The position numbers and the translations under genes are program-made. A stretch of DNA of 64,000 nt from a bacterium. Lineage in GTDB: Bacteria; Electryoneota; Electryoneia; Electryoneales; Electryoneaceae. This document shows positions 9,376-19,763 of the stretch, piece by piece. Location of the stretch: the NCBI GenBank assembly GCA_963675295.2, contig CAXXKJ010000002.1:3200001-3264000 (forward strand). The letters run 5' to 3'. The notes under the pieces are model-generated. The model was not told the DNA's origin and did no database searches. It saw nothing but the letters and a program-made list of their open reading frames with translations. Position 1 is the stretch's first letter, and each line of letters starts with the position of its first letter.

Positions 9376-11040
9376 ATGAACAGATTGAAACAATTTGTGC
9401 TGGTTCTCAGCCTGGTGATGGTCGCGGTCAGCTGCGGACTCGCCTCTGAGTTGATTAACCCAGTCACCGATCATGGTGTTTATGGCCGCTATGATTCGGA
9501 CCTGGTCAGCGGTGAATATCCTGCCAACAGTGGCAAGTATTACCTCTGGGAAGGGCGGCTCTGGGTTGGTGCGGTTACGAACAACACGCGGTATGTGACA
9601 GCGGCCGGTCCGGACACATACGAGTGGACTCCGGACGGTGGCGGCACGCCCGAAGTCATGGCGATCGGCGGCGATCTGCTCGAGTGGACGGCACAATTCA
9701 ACGACAACGGTGCCGTTGGCGGCCACACGCCACTCGGATTGGAAATCACCCAGACCGTTGAGGCGTGGTCGTCAATGGACCGTCCGCAGAACGCCCACCA
9801 GATCGCATTGACTGTCACCAACAGTTCCGGCGCGGCGCTGGACAGTGTGTACGTCGGCTGGGTGTTCGATTTCGATGTCTGCTTTGGTCCGAACGGCGAC
9901 GATAGCGAAGCCAGCCAGGACGATCTCGCCGGTTGGGACGCTGATCGCTGGCTTGGCTACATGTGGGATGGCGACAATCCGGACGAACCGGGCGATGACA
10001 CGGGCGACAACGGCATCTCCCCCGGTTACATCGGGGTGAGCTGGCTGGATGGCAACATGCCGCCGGCCTCGTTCCAGGCCTGGACCAGTGGCAATGATCC
10101 AGCCACCGATTCCGACAAGTTCGGCTATCTCGCTGGTATCCCCAACGATGGCGGCGGTGCCTTCGATGATCCTCCGGCTGTTGTCGGTGACTACCGTGTG
10201 ATGCTCTCCATGGGTCCATACAGCCTGGCTGATGGTGCCAGCGAAGACCTCGTTGTCGCGCTTTGCGTTGGCGATGGCCTCGATGGATTGGAAACCGCAA
10301 CCGACGAGATGAACGACTGGTACAACCGGCCGGTGCAGTTCGAGATGACCCCGGAGCAGACAACCATCCCGCCGGAAGGTGGTGATCTGGTCTATGGCGC
10401 GTCGCTGCTCAGCACGCTGCCGAACACGGTGCCCGGCCTTTCCTTCTGGACGGAGATCGAGTTCCCGAACGGCCAGATGTTCTCACCGGTGCAACGGATT
10501 CCATTCACACACACGCCCTTCATGCAGGTCAACATGACTGGAATCACGCAGTCGATTCCGGAACTGGCTCCGGAAGGCGACTACGTGTACTACGGCTATG
10601 TCGGGTTCTACCCCAACCCTCAGCTCAGCGATTTCATCACGTTTGTCAAAACCGGCGGCCCACTGAGCCACGCGGATCTTACTCCAGCCGACTGGCCGTC
10701 CAACCTGACCCGGACGTTTGGCGAGGCAATGATCTCCGGTGAGGATGCGGACGGCCCGGTAGCCGCTCAACCCGGTCAATTCCAACTTTCGGCTGCTCAT
10801 CCAAACCCGTTCAACGCGTCCACCAGCCTGTCGGTGACCTTGCCAGAAAGCGGCCACTTGAAGGTGGAGGTTGTTAACCTGACCGGCCAACGGGTGATGG
10901 TTCTCAGTGATGGCATGCGCACGGCGGGCACGCACCAGTTCAGCCTTCAGGCCGAAACTCTTGCCAGCGGGCTGTACTTCATTCGCGCCAGTGTGCCGGG
11001 ACACATGGACCAGGTGCGAAAGGTGATGTTGCTGAGGTAA
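9376..11040 (+). CDS. Secreted protein of unknown function with Ig-like module and T9SS-type CTD
   Basis: ATG 9376 after GGGAGGG; signal peptide; GEYPANSGKYYLWEGRLWVGA N-domain, acidic Asp/Gly-rich core; IPPEGGDLVY...WTEIEFPNG...APEGDY; HPNPFN...KVMLLR. Confidence 0.85.
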   Translation: MNRLKQFVLVLSLVMVAVSCGLASELINPVTDHGVYGRYDSDLVSGEYPANSGKYYLWEGRLWVGAVTNNTRYVTAAGPDTYEWTPDGGGTPEVMAIGGDLLEWTAQFNDNGAVGGHTPLGLEITQTVEAWSSMDRPQNAHQIALTVTNSSGAALDSVYVGWVFDFDVCFGPNGDDSEASQDDLAGWDADRWLGYMWDGDNPDEPGDDTGDNGISPGYIGVSWLDGNMPPASFQAWTSGNDPATDSDKFGYLAGIPNDGGGAFDDPPAVVGDYRVMLSMGPYSLADGASEDLVVALCVGDGLDGLETATDEMNDWYNRPVQFEMTPEQTTIPPEGGDLVYGASLLSTLPNTVPGLSFWTEIEFPNGQMFSPVQRIPFTHTPFMQVNMTGITQSIPELAPEGDYVYYGYVGFYPNPQLSDFITFVKTGGPLSHADLTPADWPSNLTRTFGEAMISGEDADGPVAAQPGQFQLSAAHPNPFNASTSLSVTLPESGHLKVEVVNLTGQRVMVLSDGMRTAGTHQFSLQAETLASGLYFIRASVPGHMDQVRKVMLLR

Positions 11041-11095
11041 TCCCGGCGAATTTCGCTTCAGGTTTATATTTCAGAATCTCGTAAGCATACCTTGT

Positions 11096-11130
11096 CAACG
11101 GGTCCGGCTCAGCTGGGCCCGTTGCTCTTT
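11096..11130 (+). terminator. Probable intrinsic terminator
   Basis: CAACGGGTCCGGC-tca-GCTGGGCCCGTTG then CTCTTT. Confidence 0.5.
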
Positions 11131-11182
11131 CCTGATCCTGCCTTCCGCGCGTACTTTTGGCTGCTGATGGTCAACTCCTCCC

Positions 11183-11926
11183 ATGCTGATCGGGTATCGT
11201 TCAACCGTGAAAACGAACACGAAAACACTGGAAATCGACGGGATATCCATCTCCGTGACCCGCAAGGACATCAAGACGATGCGGCTGGCGGTTTACCCAC
11301 CGGACGGTGAGGTGCGAATGTCCGTGCCACGTCGGGTGTCCGAACGGCGGGTGCAGCAGGTCATTGTTTCACGTCTGGCCTGGATCCGCAAGCAGCAGGA
11401 GAAGATCGCCGAACGTCCGGTCGTTCCGGAACCGCAATTCGTGAGCGGCGATACGATGACCATCTGGGGACGGCGGGTCACCCTGGAAGTGATCGAACGA
11501 AACGCCGCGCCATCAGTGGAAGACATTGGAGACGGTGAGCTGCGGCTGTATGTTCGCCCCGGCTCAACGGTTGACAAACGTGCTGCGGTGATCCGGCAGT
11601 GGTATCGGGATGAGATTGAGCTGCGTTTGCCAGATTTGCTGGCGAAATGGCAGCCGGTGGTCGGGAAACGGGTCGCGGAAGTGAAAACCCGATGGATGAA
11701 GAGCCGTTGGGGGTCGTGTATTATCCGTGACCGGCGCATCTGGCTCAACGCTGAGCTGGCTCGTTATCCGGTGGTGTATCTGGAGTATGTCCTGGTTCAT
11801 GAGATGGTTCACCTGTACGAGCGTAAACACAACCACCGTTTCTACGGTTACATGGACCGGTTCTTTCCCGATTGGCGTGAATACCGGGCTCAACTTCGGC
11901 AGATGTCACGGAATGGATCGTATTAA
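11183..11926 (+). CDS. YgjP/DUF45 (SprT-like/M48) zinc metallohydrolase
   Basis: MKSRWGSC, IWLNAEL, EYVLVHEMVH...HNHRFY...PDW motifs typical of PF01863; the true start may be GTG 11207. Confidence 0.9.
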   Translation: MLIGYRSTVKTNTKTLEIDGISISVTRKDIKTMRLAVYPPDGEVRMSVPRRVSERRVQQVIVSRLAWIRKQQEKIAERPVVPEPQFVSGDTMTIWGRRVTLEVIERNAAPSVEDIGDGELRLYVRPGSTVDKRAAVIRQWYRDEIELRLPDLLAKWQPVVGKRVAEVKTRWMKSRWGSCIIRDRRIWLNAELARYPVVYLEYVLVHEMVHLYERKHNHRFYGYMDRFFPDWREYRAQLRQMSRNGSY

Positions 11927-11928
11927 TC

Positions 11929-13449
11929 TCACGCCGGGGTCTCGGCAAGGGGCAGCACGACGGTGAACACGGTGCCGGACCCGGGGGCACTCTCGACCTC
12001 GATGTCGCCGCCATGTTGCTTGACAATTCCCAGCGACACCGACAACCCGAGTCCGGTTCCCTTCCCCGTCGGCTTGGTGGTGAAGAACGGATCAAACACG
12101 CGCGGCAGAATGTGCGGCGGGATTCCACCTCCACTATCTCGCACAATGACCGCGTAGTATCCGTTTTCCTTCCCCCGTTCCACCCGCAGCTCCAGAGTTC
12201 CTCCAGCCTTGGATGCGTCCAGCGCGTTCAGAATCAGGTTCAGGAACACCTGCTGCAACTGGCGCTTGTCACCGTGGATCAACGGTTGGTCGATCACGCT
12301 GCTGACAGTCGCCTTGACCCTGGCAATTTTCACCTGATTGGATGCTAGACGCAGGGTATCCTCGAGCAGTTGGAACAGGTTCAACTGCTCAGTCGTCATC
12401 TCGCTTTCACGGGCGAAATCGAGCAGGTTGCGCACAATGCGGCTCGACCGTTCCGCCTCATGCACGAGATCCTGCACCATCTCCAGCCGGTCGCTGTCGG
12501 ACAGTTTCTGGTAATCTTCCTCCAGCACGGCGGCGGTCAGCGTGATGTTGTTGATCGGGTTGTTCAACTCATGCGCGACGCCGGCGGTAAGGTTGCCGAC
12601 AGCCAGCATTTTGTGGGACTGGATCATTCGTGTCTGGTGACGGTCCAGCTCGCCCATCATGTGATTCAGCGCGAGGTTGAGGTTGGTGAATTCATCCCGG
12701 TATCGCCGTTCCGGCATGATCGGTGTGAAATCGCCGTCCGCAATGCGTTCAGTCACGCCCATCAACCGGCTGAGGCGGCCGATAATCTGCCGGGCGAGCA
12801 GATTCGCGAAGTAGATCATCCACAGTAGCAGCAACACGAGGAAGATCAGCGGGATATGTTCCGCCCACGTGAACATCTGCCTCATGTTCTTTCGTTCCTT
12901 GGCGGACAGATCGAAGGCGTAGTCCACCATCTGCGAGCCGTGCATCCGCAATTGCGATTCAATGTCCGCCAGCGAAGCCGAATCTGCCGCCGTGCCTGTA
13001 ACCGGTGCCTCAAGTTGCCCGAGCAGGTTGCGATACGTGTCCAGGTGCATCGTCATCGTGTGCAGTTCATGACTACCGAGCACTGATTCGAGCTCAGCGG
13101 TCGAGGAGTGCAATAAGTCCTGCGCGGCGGTAACGTGGTCGTAGATATCCGGCAGGTTGGTGCCGTAGAGGAAGTAATTCTTCTCAAATCGGCGGGCCTG
13201 CTGGATTTCGTTGGTATACTTGTCGGCGACAACGAGGAACTGCATCCGTTTGTCGAGTTGCTGCAGGATGATGATCGTGGTAGTGATCATCGCTCCGGCG
13301 AGGACAAAGAAGGTCAGAAAGCCGACCCAGAGCCGGAACCGGATGCTGATCAGCGGCCGTTGTTCGAGCGCCTTACGGGCGAGCTGTTCATATTGTTCAG
13401 CCCTGTCAGCTTCGTGTGCGGTGGACGCCGCTGTCACCGGATCAGGCAT
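11929..13449 (-). CDS. Membrane sensor histidine kinase (HAMP, NtrB-like HisKA, HATPase)
   Basis: Two TM helices; AGVAHELNNP H-box; QVFLNLILNA, DSGGGI, FDPFFTTK, GTGLGL boxes. Confidence 0.95.
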   Translation of the reverse strand: MPDPVTAASTAHEADRAEQYEQLARKALEQRPLISIRFRLWVGFLTFFVLAGAMITTTIIILQQLDKRMQFLVVADKYTNEIQQARRFEKNYFLYGTNLPDIYDHVTAAQDLLHSSTAELESVLGSHELHTMTMHLDTYRNLLGQLEAPVTGTAADSASLADIESQLRMHGSQMVDYAFDLSAKERKNMRQMFTWAEHIPLIFLVLLLLWMIYFANLLARQIIGRLSRLMGVTERIADGDFTPIMPERRYRDEFTNLNLALNHMMGELDRHQTRMIQSHKMLAVGNLTAGVAHELNNPINNITLTAAVLEEDYQKLSDSDRLEMVQDLVHEAERSSRIVRNLLDFARESEMTTEQLNLFQLLEDTLRLASNQVKIARVKATVSSVIDQPLIHGDKRQLQQVFLNLILNALDASKAGGTLELRVERGKENGYYAVIVRDSGGGIPPHILPRVFDPFFTTKPTGKGTGLGLSVSLGIVKQHGGDIEVESAPGSGTVFTVVLPLAETPA

Positions 13450-13450
13450 G

Positions 13451-13825
13451 TCAGGGCGTGGCCTGAATCGCCTTGTCGATCACCTCGCGCAGGTCGTCCG
13501 GGCGAAATGGCTTGGCAATGAAGTCGAACGCCCCTTTCGCCAACGCTTCACGAGCAGTCTCGATCGTCGCATAGCCGGTGATGATGATGATCTTGGTGTC
13601 CGGGTGCATCTGCTTCACCCGTGTCATCACTTCGATGCCATCGATTTCATCCATCCGGATATCGGTTACGACGATATCGAACGCCTTCTCTTCCAATCGT
13701 TTCAGCGCCTCCAGCCCGGAGGTGAAGATCTCGACATGATGACCGTTGTTCTGCAGGGCCTGAAGCAACCGTTTGCCGACGATTGGCTCATCGTCGAGGA
13801 TGAGAATCTCAAGCTGCCGCTGCAT
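13451..13825 (-). CDS. Single-domain response regulator
   Basis: ATG 13825 after GAGG; ILDDE, VVTDIRM, ITGY, IAKPF receiver motifs. Confidence 0.93.
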   Translation of the reverse strand: MQRQLEILILDDEPIVGKRLLQALQNNGHHVEIFTSGLEALKRLEEKAFDIVVTDIRMDEIDGIEVMTRVKQMHPDTKIIIITGYATIETAREALAKGAFDFIAKPFRPDDLREVIDKAIQATP

Positions 13826-13832
13826 GGTTACC

Positions 13833-14912
13833 TCATGATTGGTTTTGCGCAAGCAACGCTCGCACCTTCCGCCGTTTGTTATGTGCTTTGATCACCTGCA
13901 CCAGGATCACCAGCACACCGCTGAGTCCGCTGGCATAGAGCAGGATGGTACTACCAAGGTTCCACCACACATCCCAGTCGGGATTGAGATCGAGCACCCC
14001 GAGTTGGCGCAGGTACACCGGCATCGCGATGCCCCTGCTGATCACGCACAGCAGAATGATGACACCGGTAACCAGCCGGATCACCTTCTCACGGATGACC
14101 TTGGTGCCATATACCCCGACGTGAATCCCGATCAATGATCCGATATACAGCAACAACACCAGCCGCAGATCGACAAATCCGCTCCACGCGTAGTTGATCG
14201 CTCCCCACGCGCCCATGTAAATCGCGAGGTACAGTTCGGTTCCCGCTGCAACCGCCGTGGGAATTCCGAAAATGTAGATCATCGCCGGTACACCGATGAA
14301 ACCGCCAACGCCGATTGTGCCGGCGAGATAGCCGGTAGCCAATCCGACAACACTCACGATCCACAACGAGATGGTGACATCCGCCACCGGGAAGTAGATC
14401 ATCGGCGGCAGGTTCAACCTGCCGAAGTATTCCGCGAGCTTGGAGGATGGTCCTTCCCCCGTTTCGCTTTTGCGCAAAGCATCCCGGAGAATGGAGACCG
14501 AGATGAACGCGAGCACCACGACGAACAGAGTACTGATGTACAAATCGCCGGCCGCGCTGCCACCGCCTTCGCCATGTCCGCCGCCCTCCATGTGGAACAT
14601 CATCTCATTGACCCACACCGCGAGCCGGATGCCGATGAACGCACTCACCAGCATGTAGGAACCCAGCTTCCGGTCCACGTGTCCGAGTTCGTGGTGGCTC
14701 ATCGACCCGACCAGCGCCTTGCCGAATTTGTGGGTGATGTTCGATCCGACCGCGACCACACCGGGAATCCCAAGGTTCATCATGCCCGGCGTCATGAAAA
14801 AAGCGCCGCCGCTGCCGATGAATCCGCTCAGCACGCCGCCGATAAACCCGAGGATTGCCACCTTGATGACCGTGCCGCCGGTGACCAGGATAAAGTCGAC
14901 TTCAGGTGTCAT
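13833..14912 (-). CDS. TauE/SafE family (TSUP) membrane transporter
   Basis: Start at 14912 overlaps the upstream stop (TGATG); GFIGSGGAFFMTP and GTIGVGGFIGVP duplicated motifs, AVGS/AAGT, about 8 or more TM helices (PF01925). Confidence 0.9.
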   Translation of the reverse strand: MTPEVDFILVTGGTVIKVAILGFIGGVLSGFIGSGGAFFMTPGMMNLGIPGVVAVGSNITHKFGKALVGSMSHHELGHVDRKLGSYMLVSAFIGIRLAVWVNEMMFHMEGGGHGEGGGSAAGDLYISTLFVVVLAFISVSILRDALRKSETGEGPSSKLAEYFGRLNLPPMIYFPVADVTISLWIVSVVGLATGYLAGTIGVGGFIGVPAMIYIFGIPTAVAAGTELYLAIYMGAWGAINYAWSGFVDLRLVLLLYIGSLIGIHVGVYGTKVIREKVIRLVTGVIILLCVISRGIAMPVYLRQLGVLDLNPDWDVWWNLGSTILLYASGLSGVLVILVQVIKAHNKRRKVRALLAQNQS

Positions 14913-16438
14913 CAGTGCACCCCCAGCATGCGAAGGATGGTTTTCGTTCCGGAACCCCAGCTGAACGCAAACAACGGTGTGAACACACACAATCCGATGA
15001 TGACGAAGACCCGTGTTCCCTTGCTGGTTTCGCTCAGCAGATGCAACACGGTATCCTGGTTCAGGAACACGAGGGTAAACAGGATGGCTGCCACGGCCAG
15101 GTAGACAGCCAGCTTGATATAGTCCAGCTTCTTGTAGCCGGCTTTGTGTTTCAGTTCATCCGCGTCAACGACAGGCGCCTTGATACTCTCCGATAGCAGG
15201 CTTCTCAGATCCGCCTTCAGCCGTGCCTGCACGGTATCCGGCTTGTCGAGGTACAGGTCGCCCAGCACCACCAGGCTGTAATTTGTACGATGGCCAAGGG
15301 TGCGAATCAGGGTCTCTTTGTCGCCGTAGACCTTGGACTGCCCGCCGGCACAGCCCTCCCGCAGCAATGTGTCGAGCACGGGATGCAGTCCCCGGCAATC
15401 CTCTTCCGCCTCGACCGGAACATCGTCCTGAATCCCGCCGGTCGTTTCCCGCTCAAACGTTTGGCGGTGTGACTGCCCGTTGCCATTTCCGTCGCCATTG
15501 CCGTTCTTCTGCTCCCGCTCCATTTCCTCCATCGAGCAGCAGCTCATCACTTCGACTGCGGCGTCCCAGTTGTGCGCGACGCGCAGCACACTGGGCAACA
15601 AGTCGGGATCAACGTCAAACCGTTCACCCAGCCACAGGATGTTGCTGCCTGCAATGGTGCGGTTGATCTTGCTGTAGCCTTCGAGCTTTTCGAGGACGCT
15701 GTGCACGAAACGTGCGGCTTCGGCATGTTGTGGATTGCAGGTGACCTGGATCTCGCCGTTGTGCGCGGTCACCTTGAAATCGGCATAGTCGGTGCGTTCA
15801 TCACCGGCAAGCAGGAATTTTGCACGCGACGCGAGGTACAGATCCTGCAGTGCACGGACCGAACCGGGAGTCAGCTTGAATTCCGGCAGCTCCGCCATCG
15901 AACACAGCGCCGTTGTCGAATTTGCCGCGCTGACATGGTCTAGATTTACCACGAGGTCATAGTGGGATGGATCGTGCCAGTCGATCCCGTACAGGTAGCG
16001 CACCCATTTGTCACGGTCGGCGTCCACATCCTGCACGTACTGAATCGCCTTTTCCTGGCTCAGGTTGAGCCGTTCCATCACTTTCTGGACACGGTGGTCC
16101 ATTTCGGCCAGCACTCGGACCCGAAAAATGTTAGGAATTCCCGGGAACAGCATGTGTCCAGTGTGCCCGTGGTAGACGATGTCTTCCTCGAGCGCGTATT
16201 TGCAGAGGATCGACGTGATGCAGGCGAGATAGTAATCACGCGTTGGACCCAGCCGTTGCTGGATTCTCGGCGGCCGAACCATGGCCGTTTGCAGCTTTCC
16301 AACAGGGATTCCCTGGCGGATCGCTTCTTCGGACAGTTCTTCCCGGCTGATGCAACGCCAGCCTAGCTTCCTGGAAATACGTTCGGCGAAATCAACTCCG
16401 CCGCTGAAGCTGCCCCGTGAAATCGTCAGAATCGACAT
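14912..16438 (-). CDS. Cytidylate kinase-like family protein with BON-like segment, extra alpha/beta domain and two C-terminal TM helices
   Basis: TISRGSFSGG P-loop, DADRDKWVRYLYGIDWHDPSHYDLVVN (PF13189-like); DFKVTAHNGEIQVT BON-like strand pair; hydrophobic C-terminus. Confidence 0.82.
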   Translation of the reverse strand: MSILTISRGSFSGGVDFAERISRKLGWRCISREELSEEAIRQGIPVGKLQTAMVRPPRIQQRLGPTRDYYLACITSILCKYALEEDIVYHGHTGHMLFPGIPNIFRVRVLAEMDHRVQKVMERLNLSQEKAIQYVQDVDADRDKWVRYLYGIDWHDPSHYDLVVNLDHVSAANSTTALCSMAELPEFKLTPGSVRALQDLYLASRAKFLLAGDERTDYADFKVTAHNGEIQVTCNPQHAEAARFVHSVLEKLEGYSKINRTIAGSNILWLGERFDVDPDLLPSVLRVAHNWDAAVEVMSCCSMEEMEREQKNGNGDGNGNGQSHRQTFERETTGGIQDDVPVEAEEDCRGLHPVLDTLLREGCAGGQSKVYGDKETLIRTLGHRTNYSLVVLGDLYLDKPDTVQARLKADLRSLLSESIKAPVVDADELKHKAGYKKLDYIKLAVYLAVAAILFTLVFLNQDTVLHLLSETSKGTRVFVIIGLCVFTPLFAFSWGSGTKTILRMLGVH

Positions 16439-16850
16439 CGTACCCCCGCAGATTCGTCGATTTGAAGAATGGGCACGCGATGAGGGTGTCCAACCGGTGG
16501 TCAGTTTGAGGTATGCTGTACAAGCTGATCATCGAATTCGCAAAGATAGTCACAAGTAGAATTGCAGTCAAGATAGATTAGTAAATTTATCAATCTCACT
16601 AACATCGAGAGCGTTTTTCAACTGTTCAATCCGACGAAAAGCTGACATATCGGGATCTTCCCTCCATGCCAGTTCGTTCGGATTGACGCAAAGTCACCCA
16701 GGATTCACCGGAAGCGGGGGTTGTGCTCCGCAAAGGGCGAAACGGGTTGGATTATTTTTCTCATTCGCGCGGTTTGAGTGGTCCGGGACGGGGAGTTCGT
16801 TTACCTTCCTTGAATTCGTCTTCTGACCTGTCCCAGCAAGGATTCCTGTC

Positions 16851-19511
16851 ATGAAAAATGCTCCCGCTGTGTCGCTGATCGTACTCGGGTTGGTGTTGAT
16901 GTTGTCTGCTGCAGCTTTCGCCACACCCTACTACACACCCGCTGAGATCGAACAGTTGTGGCCGCAGGATTCGCAGTCGCATGTACGGCTCTACCCTGGA
17001 CAGGGCGCGCCGCCGATGATCGATGACCTGGACGATTACATTCTGCCGGTGGAATACGTTTCGGTGCTGGACTGGTTGACGACGATGCAGGAGCTGAACC
17101 CGGGTCAGAATTACGGTGGCCAGCATGAGGGTGAGACCTCGACGTGGAACATCATCCAGACCGACAACACCGCCGAAGCGATCCGTGACTGGGCGCATTA
17201 TGCCCGCATCACCGGCGATACAACACGCTACCGCAGCAGCATCGACGCGGCGTTCACGTACTGCTTCAACTTCCCCGCTTACAGCGAAGGTTCGACCTAT
17301 TCGTACTACACCGCGCACAACAACGGCTGGGCGCTGGTTTCGGTGATGGAGTATATCGAGGCGTACGGACACGACGACGCCATCCTCGCGTACGGCGATT
17401 CCTGCGCGGCTCATATCAACCTTTACCGCCTCACGCCGAGCAACCTGCTGAATTCGTTCGCCGGCAGTTTCGCCGCCGGTTCGCTGTTCATCTACGGCCA
17501 GTGGCGTGGCAATCAGGATTGGATGGATGGGGCTCAGGATTACGCCGAAACCTTCAAGACCTACATCGAGGATCATCCGACCTATCTCGGGTCGGCGACC
17601 TGGGCGATGAGCGGCGGAACGTTGCTCTGGGGCGTCACCACCGCGCTGTTCCTCGACGACCCGGCCGCCGGGCAGGCGTGGCTGCCCGATTACATCCAGC
17701 ACCTGCCGACATATTCCGGCGGCGCCAGCTGGAACAATTCGCACACGGTCTGGAATGGGTTCGCGTGGCACCGGGTACACCAGATCATGGGTGACCAGGC
17801 CAGTCTCGACAACGCGTTGTTCGTGATGGACTATCTCTTCGACCAGATGTACCTCGACGACGATTCAGGTATCCCCGGCACGGAGGGCACCTACACCGAC
17901 GACCAGTCGTGGACCACGGCCTACTTCATCTGGTACGAGCTGGATCAGTACTTCGCCACCTACGACAACCCGTACGATGCTGCTGCTGTTGCGTTCGCCT
18001 CCCCCACTCCCAGCGACATCATTCAGATCAACTCGGATGTGCCGGTCAGTGTCACGGTTGCCAACGCCGGCCTGCGAGCGCTCGACCCGACGACGCAAGA
18101 GGCGTTCCTCACGGTGACCACGCCGGAAGGCGACCTCGGTCCGTACGCGATCGACCTCGCGTTCGGCGAACAGGTGGAGTTTGACCTGCCGGACGTGTGG
18201 ACGCCGGCCACGCCGGGCATTGTGACTTTGTCCGCCGTATTCACCACGGCGGGCGACAACGACACGGGGAACGACACGTGCACCGTCGACATCGAAGTCC
18301 GCAGCGACCTGACGATTACCGGCCGTGTGTTTGACGCCAACGATCAAAGCGGAGTCGGCGCGCGGGTGAAGGCGGTGCCGCTGGCAGGTCCGCAGGCGCA
18401 AGAGGCGATTACGTACAGCGATCCGGACACCGGGTATTACACGTTGTACATGACCCCGGGCCAGTACCGGCTCGAGGTGCTGCCGCAGCATGCGCCGTAC
18501 GTCTCGCGGATGGAAACGGTGATCATCAACGAAGATCCGCTGACGGATATTGACTTCAGCCTGCCGTACAGCAACACGTTGTATGTCTTCAATGGTCCGG
18601 AGGAAAACCTCGCGGACGGATACAGCCGGATGGCAGAACTGTTTGGCGCGGCGTTTGATCCCTGCGTATGGCCGGTGCAACTGTTCGGTCCGCCGGAGGA
18701 CGAGATCCTCACCGCGCCGATCAACCGGATCTTCTGGTCGCACCTGATGGACACCGGCCCGGTGTTCTCGGTCAATCAGTACACCTCGCTGAACACGTTC
18801 CTCGACAACGAGTCGGGCAACCTGTTGGTGGTCAGCGGGCACACGTTGATGAACGTGCTGGACGGCGACGCGTCCTTCCGCCTTGGTGTCGTCCAGAGCC
18901 AGCTCGACATGAACAAGCGGCTGGTGGTCAGCAACCAGACGCACTTCCTGCAGGGCGACTCGCTGTTCCTCGCCGTGCGTCCCCAGTTCAGCCAGGTGGA
19001 CGCTGTCGGCGCGTTGCTGCCGAGCGCGACCCGTGTTGGCAACTGGGCCGGGACCAACCTTCCGGCCGGACAGGTGATGAGCTGGAACAACGGGTCGCGC
19101 AGCATCGTGCTCGGCTTCCCGCTGGAGGTGGTGCATCCGGATCGCGGCTGGTTCGCGGGTGACGTGCTGGCGAGCCTGATGGACAGCGACTGGACGTCCA
19201 ACGCGACCGAACTGGCAGGCGATGATGTTGAAATCACGGCGGAAGCTCTGGAAACGTCCATGTCCGTCTGGCCGAACCCATTCAACGCGAGCACGGCGGT
19301 GACGGTGCAGCTCGGAGACGCGGCGGTGGTCAACGTGACCGTGTACGATCTGCTCGGGCGCGAGGTGGCGGTGCTGGCACGGGGTGAACATCCGGCGGGT
19401 GCACATCGGTTCGTGTTCGATTCGTCGCAGCTGACAAGTGGGCTGTATTTCGTGCGGGCAAGTGTGCCGGGCGAATTTGATCAAACACGGAAGGTGATGC
19501 TGGTCAGGTAA
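16851..19511 (+). CDS. Large secreted protein: unknown helical N-domain, CARDB/Ig-like and carboxypeptidase-regulatory-like domains, T9SS-type CTD
   Basis: Signal peptide; Trp/Tyr-rich helical N-terminal region of about 370 aa; VTVANAG...GDNDTGND CARDB-like; ITGRVFDA...GYYTLYMTPGQY; WPNPFN...KVMLVR. Confidence 0.85.
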   Translation: MKNAPAVSLIVLGLVLMLSAAAFATPYYTPAEIEQLWPQDSQSHVRLYPGQGAPPMIDDLDDYILPVEYVSVLDWLTTMQELNPGQNYGGQHEGETSTWNIIQTDNTAEAIRDWAHYARITGDTTRYRSSIDAAFTYCFNFPAYSEGSTYSYYTAHNNGWALVSVMEYIEAYGHDDAILAYGDSCAAHINLYRLTPSNLLNSFAGSFAAGSLFIYGQWRGNQDWMDGAQDYAETFKTYIEDHPTYLGSATWAMSGGTLLWGVTTALFLDDPAAGQAWLPDYIQHLPTYSGGASWNNSHTVWNGFAWHRVHQIMGDQASLDNALFVMDYLFDQMYLDDDSGIPGTEGTYTDDQSWTTAYFIWYELDQYFATYDNPYDAAAVAFASPTPSDIIQINSDVPVSVTVANAGLRALDPTTQEAFLTVTTPEGDLGPYAIDLAFGEQVEFDLPDVWTPATPGIVTLSAVFTTAGDNDTGNDTCTVDIEVRSDLTITGRVFDANDQSGVGARVKAVPLAGPQAQEAITYSDPDTGYYTLYMTPGQYRLEVLPQHAPYVSRMETVIINEDPLTDIDFSLPYSNTLYVFNGPEENLADGYSRMAELFGAAFDPCVWPVQLFGPPEDEILTAPINRIFWSHLMDTGPVFSVNQYTSLNTFLDNESGNLLVVSGHTLMNVLDGDASFRLGVVQSQLDMNKRLVVSNQTHFLQGDSLFLAVRPQFSQVDAVGALLPSATRVGNWAGTNLPAGQVMSWNNGSRSIVLGFPLEVVHPDRGWFAGDVLASLMDSDWTSNATELAGDDVEITAEALETSMSVWPNPFNASTAVTVQLGDAAVVNVTVYDLLGREVAVLARGEHPAGAHRFVFDSSQLTSGLYFVRASVPGEFDQTRKVMLVR
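19272..19505 (+). repeat. 234-bp direct repeat, copy 1 (CTD-coding)
   Basis: Aligned by eye to 21345-21578: 7 mismatches, no indels; identity begins at the PNPFN codons. Confidence 0.95.
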
Positions 19512-19571
19512 AGTGTTGCAGGTAGTAAGTCTCTCCTAATTCACATTACTGCTACATTTATGTAGATTTAC

Positions 19572-19608
19572 ATGGGTGGTCGCTGTCTCTTGCGACCACT
19601 CATTTTTT
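19572..19608 (+). terminator. Probable intrinsic terminator
   Basis: ATGGGTGGTCGC-tgtctctt-GCGACCACTCAT followed by TTTTT. Confidence 0.65.
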
Positions 19609-19763
19609 CTCGTCCACAGCAACGCCATCTCGTATCCTCCTATCTTGTACTAATCACCTGACATCGTCACTTCTGTCGATACCTCAAAATCGATCAACAT
19701 TGCTAGTTTCAGCGTTGTTGAAATCCATACTACTTTCGAAGCAGATCATGGGGGGATCAAACT

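Noticed and set aside
8970-9449. 159-aa ORF over the tRNA fragment
   Set aside because: TTG start, no motifs, and it overlaps the tRNA remnant, the hairpin and the true start of the next gene.
16660-16730. c-di-GMP-I (GEMM) riboswitch suggested by GACGCAAAG...AGCGGGGGTTG
   Set aside because: The upstream GGCAAA and GNRA-capped stem are absent; an Infernal search would be needed, so it is not called.
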